Positions 46,042-54,945 of a stretch of 64,000 bases of DNA are shown in pieces. Each line of letters begins with the position of its first letter. Position 1 is the stretch's first letter. Below the pieces are notes generated by a model. The model saw only the letters and a list, made by a program, of their open reading frames with translations. It was not told the origin of the DNA and did not search any database. Position numbers and translations under genes: made by a program. The DNA is from Lama guanicoe (lineage: Eukaryota). The stretch is taken from positions 20,969,520 to 21,033,519 of the forward strand of contig MU055600.1 in assembly GCA_013239625.1 (NCBI GenBank). Reading direction: 5' to 3'.

Positions 46042-46396
46042 NNNNNNNNNNNNNNNNNNNNNNNNNNNNNNNNNNNNNNNNNNNNNNNNNNNNNNNNNNN
46101 NNNNNNNNNNNNNNNNNNNNNNNNNNNNNNNNNNNNNNNNNNNNNNNNNNNNNNNNNNNNNNNNNNNNNNNNNNNNNNNNNNNNNNNNNNNNNNNNNNNN
46201 NNNNNNNNNNNNNNNNNNNNNNNNNNNNNNNNNNNNNNNNNNNNNNNNNNNNNNNNNNNNNNNNNNNNNNNNNNNNNNNNNNNNNNNNNNNNNNNNNNNN
46301 NNNNNNNNNNNNNNNNNNNNNNNNNNNNNNNNNNNNNNNNNNNNNNNNNNNNNNNNNNNNNNNNNNNNNNNNNNNNNNNNNNNNNNNNNNNNNNNN
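46042..46396. other. N-run (355 bp gap or mask)
   Basis: Run of n. Confidence 0.99.
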
Positions 46397-47732
46397 GTTT
46401 GAAAGGGCCTAATTTGCACCGTAGGCAGAAGCGCCTTGTTGTGAATAAACTGAGACTCCCTCCAGAGATTTTAATCTGGGAGAAGTCAATTATTTATAAG
46501 CAAATTATGGCCAGCTTTTCATATACATAAAACGCTCTGTGTCATAAATAGGGACGAGGTGGTGTCTGTTTTCTCAGCGCTTGGTTTTTCTCAGTCCCCA
46601 AGCCCCGGCCTCGCTGCGATGGGAATTTAATGAGGGGCTCGATTAGGAAGGTGGGCTGCCTTGGTGGGGGCTCCTTCTAATACATGATAATGGCGATAAT
46701 ACAACACTAATTTGGCTCTGGCAGGGAGGGGGGCTCTGCCTCTGTGTCCCATGGGAAGGCTGGCAGGGCAGGGGCCGCGGCTCACCCACCCCTCGGGCTG
46801 CTGCAGCTCTGCGGAGCAGGGCATCTCAGGAACGCTGCTTCCCGCAGAGCAAGGCTCTGCCGGAGGATCAATAATTAAAGGCCTTCCGTGTTCCCGGAAG
46901 TCGGGCGCCATTTCAGGCAGTATCCAGGGGCCTCCTGCCCAGTGGTGCTCCTGGCGATTACGGGCGGCCGCTTCTATCAAAACGAAGAGCTGGGAAGAGA
47001 GAGCTCTTATCACTGGGGGGGCGGGTAGGCCCCCCCCATCTTGCAGCTGGCCCCAGAATGCGCTCGGAGCGCCCCTGGGGAGAGACTTGCCTCTGGGCCT
47101 CCCGCTCTGGGAGAGTCCTCTACCGACCTCTCCATACCTGCGGGTCGGGCACCGTCCGCCCCGACCCTGCAGCCTCGGGGCCTGGGTCAGAAACCAGGTG
47201 GCCGCAGAGAGCACGGCGGCTGGGTCCCCACCGAGGGTCCCGGCCTGGAAGCTCGGGGCTTGGCTTCCCACAGTGACGGGGGTGGAGGCACCGAGGCCGC
47301 AGCTGGGGAGGTGCCCGGCCAGGGGAGGTTGCCCTCTGACTGGCTGCCGGGAACTTTCGGTCAGCTGCCACCTGTCCGGAAGCTCCCACGGCCCAGGCTC
47401 CCAGGCCTCAGCAGTTCTCCTAGAGGGCCCATCTAGAAGGGTGCCTGCCTCAGCATGGCCCTGCCCGGCCAGGTTTCAGCGAAGGCCAGGGCAGCTTGGG
47501 TTTGCCGAGCTGCCGGCCTGGCCCTGGAGGGGGCGGCCCTGGCTGGCTCAGGGGCAGAGTGAGGAGGAAAGGGCGGCTGGCAGAAGCATGTGGGGAACCG
47601 GACGCTGCAGCTGGCCCAGGGCCACTTCCCAGCAGCTTAGATTCAGGAGGCCTGTGGATGACACTTGTCTTGCCCTGCTCAGCCTGGAGCCATTGGTCCT
47701 GCCACAGCTCTGCAGGCAAGACCAATGGTCTT

Positions 47733-47779
47733 TGTGTGCATGTGTGCGTGTGTGTATGTATATGTGTGTGTGTATATAT
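47733..47779. repeat. Degenerate (TG/TA)n microsatellite
   Basis: tgtgtgcatgtgtgcgtgtgtgtatgtatatgtgtgtgtgtatatat. Confidence 0.9.
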
Positions 47780-47827
47780 TCTAAAGCAAAATGCACACAC
47801 TTTGGAGTACATTTTGTGCAGCTTCCT

Positions 47828-47915
47828 TACTGGGCCCAGAGACGTCAAATGACTTGCCCAAAGTCACACAGCAAACAAATGGCAGCGCTTAGACCCAAAC
47901 CCAGCTCTCCTGCTA
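47828..47915 (-). mobile_element. MIR fragment
   Basis: ggcccagagacgtcaaatgacttgcccaaagtcacacagcaaacaaatggcag. Confidence 0.8.
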
Positions 47916-48094
47916 TCCAGCTAATGCTTTTCAGGTTTTTCTTTTTCCTTTTCCTGTGTAATATGTGAGATCAAGAAAAAAAAGTGAATATTGTTTCTTA
48001 TCTTATAATCCAGCCCCCCACAGAGGTGGGTTGAGGACAGGGTTTAGTTCTTCATCTGACAGGGGTCTCCTGGGCTCCTTTGAGCTCTAAATTC

Positions 48095-48865
48095 TGTGAA
48101 TACATATTTAGTAGAATATTCCCCAAGGAATGTTCTCAGGGGCAGAGACCCTACCATTAAAAAAACAAGGAACATTAGCTGTGTGTTTACGCTGAAAAGG
48201 GCACACTCCAGGCCCTGCCAGGGTACAGGTGACAGGATTCTCAAGGATCTCGTTAGTCTGCAGGACAAAATGTTCAAATAGCAAGATTTGGCCCTCAAGT
48301 AGGTAGGGGTCCACGTGAAGCTGGGGGGTTAGAGTTCTCAGTCAGAGGGACCAGCAGGAGACGGAGCTGGTAGGTCTAGCTTCTGGGAGGATGAGCGGGA
48401 AGGTGATGGAAGGTGGTGGGGAGGGGCGGTGCAGTGAGGTGAGAGGAGCGAGGGGAGGTGATGGGGGTGCTAAGGAAGGAGAAGCAGCCTGGGTGAGAGC
48501 AGGCGTGTGCTGGGGGAGCGGGGAGGTGAGGCCATGCTGAGGGATTTATGGAGAGCTTCGTGCTCCGTGGAGTCCCTGCTGGTTGCAGAGCAGAAGGATG
48601 ATGTGTTGAAAGCTGTGTCTTAGGGAAGACTCGCTGGAATGAAGAGGCCTGGGGCGGGAGGTCTGAGAGGAGGACACGGATGTAGACCAGGCACGGACTG
48701 GGTGGTGCGATGGGTGCAGTATTTCAAACATAAGACACAGGATTTGCAGAAGGAATGTAAAGGAGAAGGAAGTGCCACCTTGAGTACAGAAGGAAAAGTG
48801 GTGGCTGGGTAGGAGCAGGGGGTTTGGGTGGGGAACACGAGGCGCTTACTCTGGACACGTGGAAA
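48095..48865 (-). mobile_element. L2 LINE, long decayed fragment(s)
   Basis: Purine-rich. gagcagaaggatgatgtg...tgtgtcttagggaagactcgctgg...acaggatttgc...ggtttgggtgggg...tggacacgtg follows the reverse L2 layout. Confidence 0.6.
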
Positions 48866-49169
48866 AGTTCTATGTATAGTCAACAACAGGGGACCAGAAG
48901 TGAGCTGGGCCAGGCGGGTCCTCGTGTCCCCACATGCAGGTCTGGGAGGGGATGTGACCTGATGACATGGTCACCGGCAGTGGAGCCGGTCCCAGGGCTC
49001 CAGAGCTTCTTCCACTGGACCCACTGCCCCATCAGGGCACCTCTGCTCGAGGGAGGTGAAAGGACACAGTCTGCTCCTGCGGGCTGGCCCTGGCCCCCCT
49101 TTCCTGCTAGGGGGCAGGAAGGCTGGAGCCATCCGCTCCAGTAAGGTCTGAAGGGTTATCCGAGTTTCA

Positions 49170-49590
49170 CTTAAGGGGAGCTGCTTGCAGCGTGCCGCAT
49201 AAGATTTTAATTATTTAAAATCTCTGGGTTCTGGGAGGCCCCTGGAGAGGTCTGGAACGGAGGCCACTCCACCAGCATGAGAGATTGATTGTCCAAGCAG
49301 GACTGCCTGGTTAATGAGTCTGAGGTCGCTGCAGGAGATGGGTATCCATCCAGTTGGTGGATATTAAAACTGTTCTAATAATTTTTGCAAGCTGACTCCC
49401 TAATGTGATCGGGGGATGCGCCTGGGTTTAAATTCTCATTACCCATTTCCACCCACAGGTAACAGGTCCGGCTCATTCACTACAGGCAATTTCCTGCCCC
49501 ATTATCTGTGAAAATCAGAGGGCGGCCTGGCCGTCAGGAGAGCAGAGGAGCCCATTTCCCCTCTTCCTAAAATCGCAGGAAAGTAACCCT
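49170..49590. promoter_or_regulatory. Putative conserved non-coding element
   Basis: Unique AT-rich island with an inverted repeat at 49202-49223, ATTGATTG, TTAATGA and CATTA cores. Confidence 0.5.
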
Positions 49591-50004
49591 TCCTGGAAGA
49601 CCCTGGGCTTCTGAGGGTCCAAGTACCCGGCGGGGTGGGGTGCGCCAACGCCAGACGTTACGCGGCGCCTGCCCGATCTGGACAAGCGTGCTCACTCAGG
49701 CTCCCCGTGGAGCCGGGCCCGGGGTCAGACCCTCAGGCTGCGACAGGCATTTCCCCTTCCTCCTCTCACAGCCCTTCCCGTCTGAGCGGAGCGTGGTCTG
49801 CCCTTCAGGTGCTTTCTCATCCATCACCTCCCGGGTCTTTGAATGGCGTGATCCCACACATCACCGTCCCCTGGGCCTTGCACACAGAAAGGTTCCTGAT
49901 GCTGTGATGGGCTGGTTTCTGACCACACGTTGCCTCCTGGTACTGCCTTTCTGTGCACTTTTCTTCCCCTGAAACCAGGTTGAAGAGGGCGGGGGCCACA
50001 TCTG

Positions 50005-50400
50005 AGTTAGTTATGCTCTGTCTGTAGCAAACGTAGCTGGCAGCTGAAAGCAACGATAAACATGCATGATCTCACCCAGCTTCTGTGGGTCAGCAGTCCT
50101 GGAATGCTGCGGTTGACCCTGTGGCTTCCAAGATGGCTCCCGTACATGGCTGGCGCGTTGATGCTGGCCTTGGCCTGAGACCTCAGATCCCTGCAGCGCG
50201 GGCCACTCCGCAGGGTTGCTTGCGTGTCCTCACGACATGGGGGCTGGCTTCCTCCACAGTGAGTGATCCGAGAGGGCAAGGCCAAGGCAGCAAGGTCGTG
50301 TGCGGCCTCGGGAGTCACCCGTCTGTCCTGAGAGCTCAGTGGGTCACAGCGTGGGGGCGCCCGCCGGCACCGGGAGCATCTCCACCGCTGCCAATTGCAC
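50005..50400 (-). mobile_element. MLT1 (F/G/H-like) LTR
   Basis: ttctgtgggtcag...cttccaagatggctcc...catggctggc...gtgtcctcacgacatgggggctggcttcc...gagtgatccgagag. Confidence 0.85.
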
Positions 50401-50689
50401 GTCCCTCCTGCGGCCTCGCTCTTTGCGGGGACTCAGTAAAGCCAGCAGATATGAGTGCGCACCTTCCTGGCTTACTTAATCTCTACACCAGCCCCCGCCG
50501 CCCGCCAGCCTCTCCAGGCAGGTTTTAATTCCCAGAGGAAGAACCAGGCTCAGGAAGGAGTTTGCTCAAGATCCAAGGGCACCGAAGCTCCTAGGCTAGG
50601 ACTGGAAGCGCTCAGGCCTCTCAGAAGTTCATGCCTCTTCCGCTCTAGTAGGCTGCTTATCTTGAGTTAAAAGTTGTCTCTTCACGGAT

Positions 50690-50825
50690 GAGCATTCTGG
50701 GATGTAATAGAGTGGGTGGTATTATGCCCATTTCAGAGACGAGGAAACCGAGGCCCCAAGAGCTCTGTAATGTTACGGCAGCTAGGGGCAGGGCTGGCAA
50801 TACAATTCAGCAGCCTTGTCTTCTA
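50690..50825 (-). mobile_element. MIR SINE
   Basis: tattatgcccatttcagagacgaggaaaccgaggccc. Confidence 0.8.
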
Positions 50826-51039
50826 TTCGAATGCTCTACCCACCAAAAAAGCTGCCTCTCGGGGAAGTGTTTGGAGGCCTGAGTGCCAGAGTCCTCTCTG
50901 CTACACGTGGGGGCAGGGAGGCGGGGGCACGGGCTTAGGCTGGGCGCGAGCTCTGGGCTGGAGAGGGCTCCGAGGGAGGAGGGGAGGTGGGTGGAGCGAC
51001 AGGACAGGAATGGGGGGAGGCTCCCTGCTGTGTGGGATG

Positions 51040-52140
51040 GCTGCGTTCTGGGAGCGACGGGAGCACACGGACCCACCTGCACGCGGGCATGCGCTCGCGT
51101 GCCGCCGCATGTGCACACCCACGTATCAACACATGCGCGTAGGTGTCGGTCCCCGGCTTCCTTCGTGCCCTCGTGGACGGAGGCGCACACCCATGCACGT
51201 GTTATCACCCCGCAGGCTCACCTCCGGGGAGCTCTAGTCTCGCAGGAGCCTCTGGATGCCCCCGGGAACGCCCACTCTCCGCTGCTGGGAGGGAGGGAGG
51301 CTGGGCCCCTCCCCCTCCCTCCCTCTCCACTCAGCTCCCCGCGACCCCTCCCCACGCCTTTCTGTCTCCCTCGCCCTCTGAGCTTCCACTTCTCTTAGTC
51401 ACCGCAGCGCTCTTGGGTTTGCTGGGCAGGGCGGCAGGGACAGGGGCGGGAGCAGGCGGGCGGGCAGGCGGGCGGGGCAGGGGGCGCGCTCGCCCGGCTC
51501 CGCGCGCACAGGCCGGCCCCCGCGCTGCCCAGCGGTGTCCCGGTCGGTCGGAAGCAGCGTCGCTTGACGGTTGCTATTGATTATGGCAAGATTGTGTGTG
51601 GCTGAGAGCTCCTCAGAGCCAACTGGCATATTAAGCAATCATTTCTATAGCAGATGACGCGCTCCCCGGGCATCGGTTTGTCCTAATGGGCTCGGTGTTA
51701 CTCATGTGCTAATTGATTGGGCACGGAGGGAAGGGGAGCGAAATCCATTGTGAGGCGATTTTATGGCAGAGCTCATAACAGAGGTAATTTGCTGAAAATG
51801 TTCAGTCCCGCTTCGGTTATGTAAGATCATCTGTATCCCTGTGTTTTATGTCCTCCGCGCGGGGCTGGGGGAGCGGGCCGGCTGGCTGAGCGCGGGAGGC
51901 GGCCCCCAGGCCCGGGCGCTGCCAACGTGGGGCCGCCCTGAGGGAGCGCTGACAATGAGCACCCGATGCCCAGCCTTCTTGCCTCGGGGGCGGCTTTCAA
52001 AATATCTCAGCTTCTCCTGTTAAAGAAACGACTCTGTCTTAGGGCAAAATAGTTATTTTCGGACCAGCCGTCTAGTGTTACAGAGCCCTGGCGCAGAAAG
52101 GGGGAGATCGAAGAGCGGATTATTATTGTCATTTTAGAGA
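51040..52140. promoter_or_regulatory. Small CpG island enclosing an AT-rich enhancer-like core (possible alternative promoter)
   Basis: CpG-dense 51420-51570 with GC boxes and CGGAAG, a core at 51570-51850 with TAATTGATTGG, CATTGT and TTTTATGG, then a second CpG patch. Confidence 0.6.
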
Positions 52141-53534
52141 AAGAATATTTTGCCTGGAAGAGGGAGGGACGGGGAGACGTGAGGGCCCGCCTTCTCCTTT
52201 CCTTCTGTCTCCTTCCTCCCCCCCCAAAGCAGCCTACCTTTCCACTGGCCTCCGGAAGAGCCTTTCACTAGCCTCGTGTCGGTCACTGTCCTGGAGGGGC
52301 AGAGCCAGCCCTCCAGTCCTGCCTGCAAGGGTGCCCAGGTGGCCACGACTGTTCTCCAGATGTGCACCACTGGGGCGCCCTGCAGGCCGCGGCTGCCCGC
52401 CCCACCCGGCCGGGTGCTGTACTCAAGTGGTGTTTGGGGTCCTCCGAGCAGGGAGCTCTTCTGAACCCGGGGTGCTTCCTCACAGCTCTGAACTGCGCTT
52501 CCAGAGGGGAGGCTGGGCGGCCCGGGGCCACCTCAGGGCCTCGCCATCCTGGAGTGTGTATAGGATGGCGAGGGGGAGGCCGCGTGCTGGTCTCGCTGGA
52601 GGGAGGGGGGGACTGTGACCCCTGCCTGAGCCCACAGCTGTGCTCCTCTCTTCTGATGACGATTCAGGGTCCCTCTGGTGGCTCACAAGCTCCAAGCGGA
52701 GCAGCCAGGCTGCGTGATCCAAGGAGGAAACCAAGAGAGTGCATCCCTTGGTCTCTTTTGAGTCTAGCTGTTTGCATCCTGACATCCCCAGCTGGCCCCA
52801 GGCCACTCAGGAGCTCTCGCAGCGTCCCTGGGTCTGGGACTCCACCAAACTCCTGAGGGTGGTGCTCGAGACCTCCTGGGCAGGTGGCCACCCAGCTTCT
52901 GCCCGACTCCTCCTAGGCCTGGCAGTTTCGCGGCCGCCCCAGGGCAGCCCTTTTCATTTTGGATGGTTCTGCCGCCCAGGAAGTCCCTGGACAGAGCCTG
53001 GGGCTTCTGAGCCTCGTCCACCTCTTCCCCTTCTGTGGGATAAAAGCCTGCAGCTTGGTCCTGTCCCCGCCTCATCTCAGAGATGAGAAGCAGGGGTCCC
53101 GAGAGGGGAGGGAGCTTGCCCAGCCCGGGGCAGCACCAGAACTCAGCTCTCCCCAGCTCTTCCTTCTCTGGCCCAGCTCCTCAGCACACGCCTCTGTTCT
53201 CTGGGCCAACCCTGATCCCAGAAACACCCCCACCGTCACATCAGCCTCCAGCAACTGCGGGCCTGACAGTGTTCGCAAGACCCCACCACAGCCTCTGCTC
53301 CAGAGACCGCTCCGGCTGGGGCTGTGCTGAGTGTGGCCCCCGGACACGTCCGTTGGCCTCTCTGAGCTCCAGTCTCCTTTCCTCAACGGGGTGATAGTTA
53401 ACACGTGCTGAGCACGTGCTACAAGCCAGGGGTCGTGTTGGCACTGAGCTTGGTGACCTCTTTGTTTCAATGCCCGCGATGACTCTGTGGTGAGACAGTC
53501 GTGACCCCACTTTCCTCATCCAGTTTCGCTCGGA

Positions 53535-53845
53535 TCTAACTGATGTCCAGCACCGTGTGAGCTTACGGTGCTCAGCATAACGATTCAACTTGTACACGTC
53601 GTGAAACGCTGACCACGACGCGTTTAGGGAGCATCCATCCTCTCGTCCAGGCACAAAATTAAAGAAACAGAAAGACCCCTGTTTTCTTGTGACGAGAACC
53701 CTTGGGATTGACTGACAACGTCCATGCACAACGAGCCGCAGTGATAACTACGTCCGGCATGCCGCCCATTACAGCCCTCGTCCTCACTTACCTAACCGGA
53801 AGTTTGTACCTTTTGACCATCTTCATCCAATTCCCCCTCCCACCT
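53535..53845 (-). mobile_element. L1MA9-like 3' UTR end
   Basis: ttcttgtgacgagaacccttgggatt...taaccggaagtttgtaccttttgaccatcttcatccaattcccc. Confidence 0.85.
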
Positions 53846-53849
53846 GTGG

Positions 53850-53918
53850 TCCCATTTTTCAGATAGGGAAACTGAGGCACCATCATGAGTAGCAGCGCTG
53901 GGGTGAAACTCAGGCCAG
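53850..53918 (-). mobile_element. MIR fragment
   Basis: cccatttttcagatagggaaactgaggcac. Confidence 0.75.
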
Positions 53919-54564
53919 AGCAGCAGCAGGCTCCCGGCTGCTGCGTCACAACCTGCCTGTCCGCGTGGTGGCGAGGCCCCGAGGCGCTCCCAGACGCTGG
54001 GGCCCTCTGTGCGGCCTTCATGGGGGGGCGGGCTCAGCGATGCCTCAGGGCAGAGATTCTTACGCCTTTGAGGGGGGCGGGGGGCAGGGAGGGCCCAGGG
54101 CTCTTTGGGGATGGCTTGCGAGTTACGGGGTCTTCCCAGACAAACGCAGGTAGGTACGTGTGTTAAGAATTTCGTATCTCAGGGTGAGGGTGGGGGGTGT
54201 CCTGAAATTAGGAGGCCCGTTCCTGGGTGCATGGACGCCTGGTTAAATACCCTCACGCGACCCAGTGTCCCCTCCCCCCCAGTGGGGAGGTGGGAAGGGG
54301 GAAGGGCAGTCTGAGCCTTGAGGATGAGGCGCAAGGACATGGCTGGTAAGGTCTCAGACCGCCGGGGAAGGCGGGCGGCCGGGGGCTTTCCATAGGGGCG
54401 TCACGTCGACTTGCCCGCGGCAGCGGGGCAGGCCCGGGCTGGGCCCAGCTCTCCTCGGGGCGTTTGGGCGCTGGCCCGGTGGGTCTGGTGGAGATGACAG
54501 GGAAACAGAGTGCATCCCAGCATTTCAGGGAGACCAGAGGGGAATGCGGGGGCAGGCGGGGGAG

Positions 54565-54945
54565 GGCCCCGATTTTATCTGCGCCTGGATTTCCCCATGC
54601 CTAATTACCCTGAGATAATTAGTAGGTCTGGAACATTTGCCTCGGAGCCAAGCGAGGTGAGTCGTGAACACGGGAACAGAGGGGTCTGATTGCTTAACTG
54701 GAGGAGGGGAGGGTGCAGTTTTATGAGAGAGCAGAGGAGGCGCCCTCCTGGTGGGTGTTGTGGGACCTCTGGGAAGGCCCTGTTCCCAAATTGTAAGTAT
54801 GCACTTCGCCCCCTTGTCTGTCTGGAATTCCACCATTAGAGATGCATTACCTAGGTCTAGACAGATATTCAGTTATTTGAAGTATGTGACATGCAAATAC
54901 CCCTGGGTGACAAATTTAGTGGGCTTCTTGGTCACCACATGAGGA
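54565..54945. promoter_or_regulatory. Putative conserved enhancer
   Basis: CTAATTA-N8-TAATTAG (54601-54622), TTTTATGA, ATGCAAAT (54891-54898) and two TGACA. Confidence 0.55.

Larger units (their letters stand above)
45500..46720. promoter_or_regulatory. Large putative conserved enhancer containing two N-runs
   Basis: Unique sequence with CTAATTG, ACAATG, CTAATTTGCA, AATTATGG, CATAAAA, GTCATAAAT and TTAATGA, plus a CpG-rich 5' flank. Confidence 0.65.

Noticed and set aside
46712-47968. Longest ORF (418 aa, plus strand)
   Set aside because: Non-ATG start, low-complexity G/P/R/A/S/W composition, no recognisable domain, and it reads through a TG microsatellite and a MIR. This is a chance ORF in GC-rich DNA.
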